The notes beneath the pieces were generated by a model. That model did not search any database. It was given only the letters and a program-made list of their open reading frames with translations, and was not told where the DNA came from. Shown piece after piece: positions 14,353-27,189 of a stretch of 64,000 nt of DNA. The stretch's first letter is position 1. Each line of letters begins with the position of its first letter. Source of the stretch: the human T2T-CHM13v2.0 reference genome, Homo sapiens; the NCBI RefSeq assembly GCF_009914755.1, contig NC_060926.1; one strand, written 5' to 3'. Position numbers and translations under genes: made by a program.

Positions 14353-14884
14353 GCTGAACAAAACAACAGGAGATTACGTTAAACATAAGAGAAAATTATG
14401 CAATCAAAAGATGCGGTGAACACAAGATATATGAGGCTGCTATTGGGGTAACATGGCATAACTGTTTCATAGTAAACCTTTTTGTATAAGTAGAAGAAGT
14501 ACACTCTAAAATAACCACAAAAATTATAGTTTTGGAAATGCCTAAACCAGTAGCTGGTGTTTATTATCATTCTCAAGTGTTATGTATTATAGTATAACTA
14601 ATTGTATGTGCTATGCTTTTATACAACTGGCAGCACAATAGGTTTGTTTACAGCAGCATCACCACTAACACATGAATGATGCATTGTGCTATGATGTTAC
14701 CGTGGCCACAATGTGAACAGGTGATAGGAATTTTTCAGCTCCATTATAATATTTTTAAGACCACCTTCATATATACGGTTCATTGTTGACTGAAATGTAA
14801 TCATGTGGTGCATATGACTATATTTTACTAGCTATCTGGGTACCCCTTCACCCAGTCAAGTTGACACCTAATTAACCATCACAG

Positions 14885-15032
14885 CAGGAGATGGCAAACT
14901 ATATAGTCCAAGAGTTAAATCTGGCCTGCTACTTCTTTTATAAAAAGATTTCATTGGAACAAAGCCACACTCATTTCTTTAATGTATTATATATACTACT
15001 GCTTTCATGTGAGACAGAGACATTATGGCCTG
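14885..15032 (+). mobile_element. MER58 (hAT-Charlie) fragment
   Basis: caggagatggcaaact..aaatctggcctgc..ttggaacaaagccacactcatt. Confidence 0.75.
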
Positions 15033-15429
15033 TACTAGGGAAGTTAGTCTTTCCCGGATTTTTCACTGTTCCTACAGAGACCCAGCCCCCTGAGCAACGG
15101 AAATTGACAAGTTATAAAGACAGGGAATGCCTTCTTTTCTCCCCCAAAACATTTGCTCTCCACAATTTAAAGTTACATATTTATACTTCAAAGGGGAATG
15201 AAACTAGGAGCCATTTGTTTTCATTCCAAAGAATTATACTTTAAGGATCTTCAACTTTTGTTTTAGTAAAGATTTATTTATATTAGGAAGATAATATTTA
15301 TGTTCTTCTCTCATGTGGAGAGGAGGGCAGCTGTATAGCAGTTCCCATTGAAACTGCCAGATTCATAACTCTGGGGTTCCACTCCTGTGTATATCTCAAA
15401 ATCAAGTTGTCTTCAACTCTTTTAATCTG

Positions 15430-15772
15430 CAAGATTTTCCAGGCTAGTCCTTTGCATTTCTATATGAATTTTAGCATTAGGTTATCAATTTCCATGAAAA
15501 TCTCTGCTGGGATTTTGATTGAATCTGTAGGTACATTTGAAGATAGTTAACATATAAAAATACTAAACTTTTCCAATCTATGATTACAATATATCTCTTC
15601 ATTTATCTAGGTCTTTAATTTTTCTAAGTAATATTAGTAGTTGCCAGAGTACAATTCTTGTAAAACTTTCACTAAATTTATTCCTAAGAGTTTGATGGGG
15701 GTTTTAATGTGATATTTCAAATTGGTTATTGCTGGTATATAAAAATACAATTGATTTTTGCAAATGCACCTG
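15430..15772 (-). mobile_element. L1M ORF2 fragment
   Basis: tcctttgcatttctatatgaattttag..ctgctgggattttgattg..ttgctggtatataaaaatacaattgattttt. Confidence 0.75.
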
Positions 15773-15988
15773 TTTAGTTTGTGACAATCTGAGCCCAGTA
15801 CATGGTTCTCTGATTCCTAAGCCAGGAGTCTCTCTGTAACCAAACTGCTATTATGTGAGCATAGAACAGCTCTCAAAGTAAATGTCCCACTTCTATTTCT
15901 GGCAGGTTATGTTTAGCTACCTTTCCAAAAGAGTCCCAATCCTAGTATGCCTTTCAACAGTGTCTGCTCCCTCTGTACTGGAAATTGT

Positions 15989-16035
15989 AAAAAAAAAAAA
16001 AAAGAAAAAGAAAAAAAAAAAGAAAAGAAAAAAAG
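15989..16035 (+). repeat. A-rich tract (A)n/(AAAAG)n
   Basis: Seen directly; no Alu or L1 body directly upstream. Confidence 0.9.
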
Positions 16036-16239
16036 ATGCCTTTCTAAATTCTCATAATTTTTTTATTCTAGGAATTAAAAAAAAAACTTGGAATATTTTT
16101 AAGTATGAATCTCTTGATTTTGCCTCAAATAAGCATATAGTATTCAACCACATCTGTGAATCTTATTTTAGCCCAAGAACTTTTGTTTTTAATTTTTAAT
16201 GTTTTCAAATTATTGAATTTCTGTTTTTACTAGCCACTT

Positions 16240-16362
16240 CTATTCATTCATTCTAAAAATATAGTCTATATATTCCTGGTGCTGTAGTAGGCCCTGGTTT
16301 AAAAGTGTCAGCAAAAACAGGTCATTTTCTGCACTCATTATACTTAAAGTTGAGTGAGGGGA
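16240..16362 (-). mobile_element. L2 3' end
   Basis: attcattcattc..ctggtgctgtagtaggccctgg. Confidence 0.5.
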
Positions 16363-18199
16363 CCGCTATTCAGTTTTGAGCATGGTTCAGACTCTCATAT
16401 CCAAATCCAGAAGTCATAAAATAGGAATTAAACAAATTACCTCTCCTCCGACCCCAAACACATATATTCTTTTTTATGAAGCAAGTGTCTTGTGTGACTC
16501 TGTTGGGTCACATAAGACAAAGTATAGGTTGGCCATTAATCTCATGCTTACTGGATATTGTTCCCAAATCCCATCAACAGCATGTAAGATAACATTGGTT
16601 TTTAGTATTATTGAGAATTTCTATCTCCTTTTAGTGATAAATCAGAAGATGTGTCAAAGCCTATAAGACAGAACTGAAGATAGTTTTGTTTAATGTAATT
16701 AATTATTTTCCTAAATATTGTCTCTAGTTTCTAGTGCTTTCTGAGATTAGTCCTTAGCTTTTATGATAAGTTGTCTAGAAAAGAGCATTGTATTGTTCAA
16801 ACCAGTTATCCTTTCTGAACAATTTTAGAATGTATTGCTTTTTAAAGAAATAGTCCACTCCTCTATAGCTTAAAAGCTATGACTATCATTATTTCTAAAA
16901 TGTATTCTTATAGTTTTGAATCAAAAATACAAAAAAAACTCTATAGAGGATAATAGCCCACAACTAATTATCTACAGAAGAGGTTAGTTATGAAAGCCAG
17001 AAGAAAAGTTTTTTTATAGAGTTACTCAGCATCTATTCTTCTAATTCTCTTTAGTATAGTACCTATTTCCTATGGATAAGTTTCATACACATTTTTTAAT
17101 CACAGAATGATTGCTGCTTCTATAGATAAATTTGAACTCAAGGTGAAAATGTTGTGTGCATCAATTTCAAGTCCTTTTTTGGCAGTCTTCTCTTCATTTT
17201 GATACTAAAATGGATGTATTGTTTGTGAAAGAATTATATGCAGATTACTGCATGTAGTGTCATTTATTCTTTTACAAATTACACATTTCTCCTCAGTTCT
17301 GGAATCATTTACATTATAAAAGCTATGTACAAGAAGAAATAATGAATTTGCTTTTATTCTCAGCACTGGAATCCTCTGTCCTAATGCTATGTCAGTGCTT
17401 TATCCACATCTGATTTTAACCTCATCCGCAGAGATGATAAGATGAGGGGAATTTCTTCCACTACAGAAGTCTGACCTATAATTCTGGAAGATCATTTGTA
17501 GTGGAGCATTATCTTGAATTTTAGTTCACAGAAGAAAAATTTGAGAGAAAGAAAAAGAAAAATTTAATGCTAAAGATTATTGTGTCTAAAAGCCCATGGT
17601 ATTCTTTTTCTCTATTTATTTCTCTGCTAAGTGGTTCCTAATTTGCTTTTAAAAAGCAGCAAAATCTTTTGCGCTATTGCTTACCTAATAAGTTTGGACA
17701 TTGGTGCATGTTAAGAAAAAAATGATGTCCCAAAATATTTAGGGGTTTTTCTTTTCTCCTTTCCTACTTATTTTAGGGATACAAGCTTATATGCCTATGA
17801 GGCCCAAGCAGGTTGTATAAAGTTCTGATTCCAGCTTGGTATAAAACACTAGGGATCAGTGGGTCACAGAGACTGAGCACCACCAAAAGGCTCTCAAATC
17901 CTAATATTTAAATATGTTTTAGCCAAAACAAACAGTTTGCAAAAGGTGCAGGAGGATATGCAAAATTTAGTCATAAAACCACCAGTTTCCTGATCTTATT
18001 TAGATGTCAAATACCAAATATCTTCTCTCTTTAACTCTACAAATAGCCCTGAAAGGGAAGTATCACTGTCCCCACTTCATCAATAAACAGAGAGCCAAGA
18101 ACATGCATAAGCACTCTAAATATGTGTAAATAAACTTGTCTGTATACACTTATATAGATTATATATGTATCTACATGAGAGGCAGTTACTCAGCAAAAG

Positions 18200-18372
18200 C
18201 AACATCAAATCCAGAGACAGTCAACCTGGACTTCAGTATCAGTTCTGCCCCCAATTTCATATCCAATAATGACAAAGTCACCTAGTCCTTCTTTGCCTTA
18301 TTTTCCTTCTGTAAAACAAGGATTTTTTTACATATTTTAAGAATTAAAGAGGCAATATATGTGAAGGTGTTG
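18200..18372 (+). mobile_element. MIR
   Basis: aagtcacctagtccttctttgccttattttccttctgtaaaacaagg core. Confidence 0.6.
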
Positions 18373-18469
18373 ATAGAAAAGAGCAGGACTAAACCACAGT
18401 ATGACTCAACCGTAACTATATAAAGACAACATGGTACCAAGTGGAGAGATGGGCAGCTATAGAGCTATT

Positions 18470-18986
18470 TTAAGCAAAACAAAGTTTCCCTCCAAAATGT
18501 CCGCATCCTAATCTGGAACCTGAGAGCGCGTTATGTTATAGGGCATAGAGGAATTGAGGTTGCAGATGGAATTAAAGTTGCTAATTAGCTAACCTTAAGA
18601 TCAGAAGAGGATCCTGGATTTTCTGAGTGGGCCCAGGTAATCACAAGGGTCTTTGAACAATAAAGACAGAGACAGAGCTGCGTCAGAGTCAAGAAAGGAG
18701 GTGTGATGGCAGAAAAGGAGATTGTAATAATGGGAAGTGTGAAAGCTTAATCTTCCACTGCTGGCACTGCTGCCAACGAAAGAGCCTCTAGAAGCTGGAA
18801 AAGGCAAGGAAACCAATGCTCCCCTGGAGCCTCTAGAAAGGAAGTAGTCCTGCCGACACTTTGATTTCAGCCCAGTGTGACTCATTTTGAAACTCTGACC
18901 TCCAGATTTGTGAGATAATTAATGTGTGTTGTTTGAGCCACGAAGGTTGTGTAATGTGTTACAGTTGCAATAGGAAACTAATTCAA
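18470..18986 (+). mobile_element. MLT1D MaLR solo LTR
   Basis: gcagatggaattaaagttgctaat..gggcccaggtaatcacaagggtc..ctagaagctggaaaaggcaagg..gcaataggaaactaattca. Confidence 0.88.
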
Positions 18987-19660
18987 GAGCTGACTGGCAG
19001 AGGGGGCAATCTGATATTCTCTGCCTGTGTCCCGTTGGCTCCCAGCAATTCACAGGAATGTCAGAGACTGAACGCAAGCTAACTAACCCTTTTCCTTGAT
19101 ATCTGTGGATTTCTGGTTACTTCGCTTAGGCTGTTTCACTGCTCACAGTAAAGCACTGTGGAGACCAGAGAGAATACTCTGGACGAGAACTCATGAAATG
19201 TGAACTTTTCTGATTTTCAAACGTCTCTTCCTGTGCCAAATACAGCATTGGGCTCCAGAGTATCGACGGCGCTCTCCTGTGATGTAGGCCGTGAATTTCA
19301 CGTGATGTGCACCTTGCTCCCAGCATGAATCCTAGACTGAAACTTCTTGGCGGCTGTAAAAATAAGATTTGGGGTTTTCACTTGGCACCTCATTTTCTTA
19401 ATGTAGCAATAGCTAGTTCTCTCTTTCCCTTTACAGCTTTCACTTGGTCTGGAAAAGCAGAAAAGGATTCGTGTGACTCCTCCTGACTTTCCATTGTTCT
19501 ATACTGTAATAACTGGGAGAGAAGGGCTGTCCTTGTTTCAGGAGGAGTGTGTGGCAAACAAAATAACTTCCAAATTAATTTGGCTTGCCTGTTGGGTCAA
19601 CTCCACTTCTTCACTGTCAATCCTTCTGAACTCTATTTCATTTGTAGAATTCATGCTTCA

Positions 19661-19973
<313 letters not shown>

Positions 19974-20166
19974 GATATGCATAAGGACAGCCTCTGCATG
20001 GCAATGCTACAATGTTGGAGAGAGATGATTCCTTACATTTCTTTTTTCTGCTTCTAGCACCCAAGGACACACCACTGACTTATTTTCCAGCCCCCATGCT
20101 CAAAGATGCAGTAGTAAGCTTTGGGGTAATCAAGTCATGAAACTTACTTTATCCACCTGTGTCTAC

Positions 20167-20203
20167 TCCAGTTTGTCTCTATGTCCAGTTTGTCTCTATG
20201 TCC
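20167..20203 (+). repeat. 17-bp tandem duplication (tccagtttgtctctatg)x2
   Basis: Seen directly. Confidence 0.9.
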
Positions 20204-21900
20204 TCTATGAACTAGAGGAAGTCAGTTTCTATTATCTTGTCTATAAAATGGGAATGGTATTTCCTGGCTTCTCCTTCCTTCATACTGATAAATGTGGTTA
20301 ATAATGGAAGCTGAGAATAGCCGCACAGTTCTGACTTCCTCAGAGATGTGGCTAAATAAAAATTATATAATACATATTAGTGTTCATCTAGACATGCCTA
20401 ATGAAAAGAAAGCTAAATGGGGAAGAGAGTGCTATGGACATTACAAATTCCACATGTTCCTTTTAAAGCTTAGATTAAGCCTGAGCCTCATTAGCAAAAG
20501 TGCCTCAGCCACTTGATCACATAACCTCTGGGGAGAGTCTGACAGTAGTGGTGTCTCTTTTGGTTGCTTTTGCTTCCTTTGTATACCCTCAAATTTCATT
20601 TAAGATTTTCACAAAAATAGATGTAGTAGCTCAATGTTTTCTTCTTTTCATCATATTTTTTTCAGAAATATAAACTGTCTTCTTAGTTGAAACATTCTTG
20701 TATCATTAATGATGGACTCACTATATGTCTAAACTATATTTTGTATCAGTAAATATATTACAAAATTGTGGTTTTATTCTTTTTTAGAGGCAAAATGAGG
20801 CTGGCATTTGAAACAACGCTGTGAGACAAACTCTCTTTATCTACCCCCTCCCCACCTTCTCTCTCTCTCTCTTTCTCTCTCAATCGTTCTCTCTGGATAG
20901 ACACACATGCCTGCTCCCATGCACACATGCACACACTCTACCCCCAGAGTTAGATGGTTATATACTGAACTTGAAGAAAACTTCAGCTAGCAGTTGGTCT
21001 TTGAAATCTTTTGTATTTACTTATGCCTTTAGAGCTCAGTATTGTTTTCATCTGCTATCCTTCCAGAAAATAAAAGAGATACCCACAACATTCTGTATAT
21101 TAATGCCATAAATGCCTGCCTCTGGCAAAGCCTTAATGTGTGAACAAAGAAAGGAATTGTTCACACAGCAAAACATACAAGGAGAAATGTATATCAGTGG
21201 TGGAAACCTCTCTGTCAGAGGGAATTTCAGATCATTTCAATGTTTACATTTGCAACTCAAGCATATTGACAGAGCAAAGCAAATAAATGTACACTAGGAA
21301 ATGCAGGAAGAAAATTATTTGCCCAGATACTGCAAAGATTTTCTAGCTATGTGAGAAATGAAAATGCATTTTTGCCATATTTGGTAAACTGAATGTTATT
21401 AAGAGGACAAACCTCATGTAAAAAGGAGATAAGCAGAAACTGATTTGAATATTATTGCAGAGCAAAGTAAATAATCATGATGCATTCAACCTTTATAAAT
21501 GTGCAAAAACAGATTAATTTTCCCAATTACAAGCCTTAATAATATTAAATGACTTTAAACACATGAAGTAGGGTAAGAAATAGATAGCAATGATAATACA
21601 CGAGTGTGTTATAAGGGATATTAATGAATAATTGGTTACACAAAAGAGGGAGGGGATGGAGAAAAAAGGGAAAATGCTGGATTAAAGTTAAACAGATATC
21701 CTGAATACTTGTCATATCCTTAAAGGCTAATATACGTTCTGAATCTCTAAATAGAAATAGAGTATACAGTGTTTTCTAAACTTCTTAAACCCAAAAATAC
21801 TTTCGCAAAGCACCTCGAGAGACTAAGAGTTGTGAGGAATACATAGGTAAATGAATATCTTTCCAATTGACTTAGACTTAGAGTTAAACTGAATTGCACA

Positions 21901-22219
21901 GGGGCAGTGGCTAATGCCTATAATCCCAGCACTTTGGGAGGCTGAGGTGGACAGATACCCTGAGGTCAGGAGCTCAAGACCAGCCTGGCCAACATGGTGA
22001 AACCCTGTCTCTACTAAAAGTACAAAAATTAGTCAGGCATGGTGGTCGACACCTGTAATCCCAGCACTTTGGGAGGCTGAGGCAGGAGAACCACTTGAAC
22101 CCAGGGAGGCTGAGGTTGCAGTGAGCCAAGATCACATCATTGCACTCCAGCCTGGGCAACAAGACTGAGGCTCCATCTCAAAAAATAAATAAAATTAAAA
22201 TAAAATAAAATAAAATAAA
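21901..22219 (+). mobile_element. AluS with (TAAAA)n tail
   Basis: Perfect 15-bp TSD aaactgaattgcaca (21886-21900 / 22220-22234). Confidence 0.95.
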
Positions 22220-22679
22220 AAACTGAATTGCACATTCTATTCTAGATGTTGATACAATGATGGTTATTGAAATCTGATTTTTTGCAAATTAATAAATGAG
22301 CTACAGATGTGCAAATAGAGAAGTCATTATTCTATATTTGTTTCTGAAATCTAGTTCCCTATTTCTGAGAGTTGCAGGGGTTATGCCAGAAAATTGCTGA
22401 CCAGATAGTCACAAAGAGGTATTACCAGATGGTCTCACAGTATATTGGCAATGTTACGATGATCCAGGTCCAGAAACTTGACTTTTTCATAACCAATATT
22501 GTATTGTCAATCCCATAGTTATAGACCTGGATTCTTTTTTAAAAAATTCACTGATTTTCAATGAAAAAGAAAATTGTCGGTTCAAAGATGGCCAAATAGG
22601 AACAGCTGTGGTCTGCAGCTCCCAGCATGATTGATGCAGAAGATGGGTGGTTTCTGCATTTCCAACTGAGGTACCTGGT

Positions 22680-23012
22680 TCATCTCATTGAGACTGGTTG
22701 GACAGTGGGTGCAGTCCACGGAGGGCAAGCTGAAGTAGAGCGGGGCATCACTTCACTCGGGAAGCACAAGGGGTTAGGGGATTTCCCTTTCCTAGCCAAG
22801 GGACGCCATGACAGACTGTACCTGGAAAAACGGGACACTCCCACCCAAATACTACACTTTTCCCAAGGTCTTAGTAACTGGCAGACAAGGAGATTCTCTC
22901 CTGTGCCTGGCTCAGTGGGTCCCACGCCCATGGAGCCTTGCTCACTGCTAGCACAGCAGTCTGAGATAGAACTGGGAGGCAGCAGCCTGGCTTGGGGAGG
23001 GGCATCCACCAT
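22680..23012 (-). CDS. L1 antisense ORF0 homolog, open and extended (110 aa); translation unproven
   Basis: MVDAPPQARLLPPSSISDCCASSEQGSMGVGPTEPG..IWVGVSRFSR resembles L1HS ORF0 (MAGAPPPASLPPCSLISDCCAS..VGVTRFSR); start context gcaATGG. Confidence 0.6.
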   Translation of the reverse strand: MVDAPPQARLLPPSSISDCCASSEQGSMGVGPTEPGTGENLLVCQLLRPWEKCSIWVGVSRFSRYSLSWRPLARKGKSPNPLCFPSEVMPRSTSACPPWTAPTVQPVSMR

Positions 23013-23610
23013 TGCTGAGGTTTGAGTAGGTAAACAAAGCGGTTGGGAAGCTCAAATTGGGCGGAGCCCACTGCAGCTCCACAAGGCCTACTGCCTCTAG
23101 ACTCCACCTCTGTGGGCAGGGGATAGCTGAACAAAAGGCAGCAGAGAACTTCTGCAGACATAAACGTCCCTGTCTGACAACTCTGAAGAGAGTAGTGGTT
23201 CTCCCAGCACGGCATTTGAGCTCTGAGAACAGACGGACTGCCTCCTCAAGTGGATCCCTGACCTTCGTATAGCCTAACTGGGAGACACCTCCCATTACGG
23301 GCCGACAGATGCCTCATATAGGTGGGTGCCCCTCTGGGGCGAAGCTTCCAGAGGAAAGATCAGGCAGCAATATTTGCTGTTCTGCAATATTTGCTGTTCT
23401 GCAGCCTCCACTGGTGATACCCAGGCAAACAGGGTCTGCAGTGGACCTCCAGCAAACTCCAGCAGACCTGCAGCTGAGGGATCTGACTGTTAGAAGGAAG
23501 ACTAACAAACAAAAAGGAATAGCATCAACATCAACAGAAAGGACATCTACACCAAAATCCTATCTGTAGGTCACCAACATCAAAGACCAAAGGTAGATAA
23601 AACCACAAAG

Positions 23611-24636
23611 ATGGGGAGAAACCAGAGCAGAAAATCTGAAAATTCTATAAATCAGAGCACCTCTTCTCCTCCGAAGGATCACAGCTCCTCGCCAGCAATG
23701 GAACAAAGCTGGGCAGAGAATGGCTTTGATGAGTTGACAGAAGTAGGCTTCAGAAGGCCAGTAATAACAAACTTCTCTGTGCTAACGGAGCACGTGTGAA
23801 CCCATTGCAAGGAAGCTAAAAACCTTGAAAAAAGGTTAGACAAATGGCTAGCCAGAATAAACAGTGTAGAGAACACCTTAAATGACCTGATGGAGCTGAA
23901 ATCCATGGAACAAGAACTTTGTGATGCATGCACAGGCTTCAATAGCCAATTAGATCAAGTGGAAGAAAGGGTATCCATGATTGAAGATCAAATTAATGAA
24001 ATAAAGCAAGAAAACAGGGTTAGAGAAAAAAGAGTAAAAAGAAATGAGCAAAGCCGCCAAGAAATATGGGAATATGTGAAAAGACTAAATCTACATTCAA
24101 TTGGTGTACCTGAAAGGGTTGGGAAGAATGGAACCAAGTTGGAAAACATTCTTCAGGATATTATCCAGGAGAATTTCCCCAACCTAGCAAGGCAGGTCAA
24201 CATTCAAATTCAGGAAATACAGAGAACACCACAAAGATACTCCTCGAGAAGAGCAACCCCAAGACACATAATTGTCAGATTTGCCAAGGTTCAAATGAAG
24301 GAAAAAATGTTAAGGGCAGACAAAGAGAAAAGTCGAGTTACCCACAAAGGGAAGCCCATCAGACTAACAGCAGATCTCTTGGCAGAAACCCTAAAAGCCA
24401 GAAGAGAGTGGGGGCCAATGTTCAACATTCTTAAAGAAAAGAATTTTCAAACAAGAATTTCATATCCAGCCAAATTAAGCCTCATAAGTGAAGGAGAAAT
24501 AAAATCCTTTACAGACAAGCAAATGCTGAGAGATTTTTTCACCACCAGGCCTGTTTTACAAGAGCTCCTGAAGGAAGCACTAAACATGGGAAGAAACAAC
24601 CGATATCAGCCATTGCAAAAACATGCCAAACTGTAA
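23611..24636 (+). pseudogene. L1 ORF1p with a single premature stop (TGA at 23797-23799)
   Basis: ORFs 23611-23799 and 23890-24636 share a frame with no other stop between them; ENFPNLARQ, RISYPAKLS and REWG motifs. Confidence 0.92.
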
Positions 24637-24699
24637 AGATCATCAATGCTATGAAGAAACTGCATCAATTAACAGGCAAAATAACCAGCTAACATCATA

Positions 24700-26792
<2,093 letters not shown>

Positions 26793-26872
26793 TAGCTGTA
26801 GGTTTTTGAAGATGTTGTCAAGCTGAGGGAGTTCCCCTCTATTCTATTTTTGTGAGAGCTTTATATTTTTTA
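26793..26872 (-). mobile_element. Old L1M ORF2 piece whose continuation lies at 44126 (+)
   Basis: Reverse complement aaagctctcacaaaaatagaatagaggggaactccctcagcttgacaacatcttcaaaaacctacagcta is collinear in L1 ORF2 with acctacagctaagatttatattgaatag at 44126. Confidence 0.85.
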
Positions 26873-27122
26873 AAGTAACAACAATTCTACACATCTCTTC
26901 CAGAAAATAGAAGTGGAGAAAATATTTCCTAATTCACTTTATGAAGCTTGTTTTACACCAAAACCAGACAGAGAGTACACACACAAATAAACAAAAAACT
27001 GTAAACCAATATCTCTCATGATACAAATTTAAAAAAATCCTTAACAAGGTTATTAGCAAACAAGATTCAGAAATAGCTTGATTCTTTTAAATTATGCACT
27101 ATAAATAAGTGGGGTTTATACA
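26873..27122 (+). mobile_element. Old L1M ORF2 piece (inverted 5' arm of the same old L1M)
   Basis: aattctacacatctcttccagaaaatagaag..aaccaatatctctcatg..aagtggggtttata. Confidence 0.75.
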
Positions 27123-27189
27123 CTATAAAGAAGTGTGATATGCAAAGTGTCTAAAAATTCTTCCCTGGAGAAGCTTGAAATTCTGAAAT

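Larger units (their letters stand above)
11403..14820 (-). mobile_element. Near full-length Tigger3 (Golem) pogo-family DNA transposon
   Basis: TA TSD at 11401-11402 and 14821-14822; ends cagtca.. / ..atgacta; MER7/Tigger3 terminal sequences; transposase remnants on the minus strand. Confidence 0.9.
10880..14883 (-). mobile_element. MLT2B-type (ERVL) solo LTR split by Tigger3 (pieces 10880-11402 and 14823-14883)
   Basis: ctccagagaaacagaaccaat..gccatctgcaagctggagaaccaggaaagc; resumes as gctatctgggt..cccagtcaagttgacacctaaattaaccatcaca after the transposon. Confidence 0.88.

Noticed and set aside
15882-16199. 105-aa ORF with a poly-lysine run
   Set aside because: The K-run is just translation of the A-tract; there is no other coding signature.
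18993-19010. CTCF-like AGGGGGCA (also ccaagaggggga at ~62502)
   Set aside because: Only half of the core motif matches; cannot be supported without a PWM scan or ChIP data.
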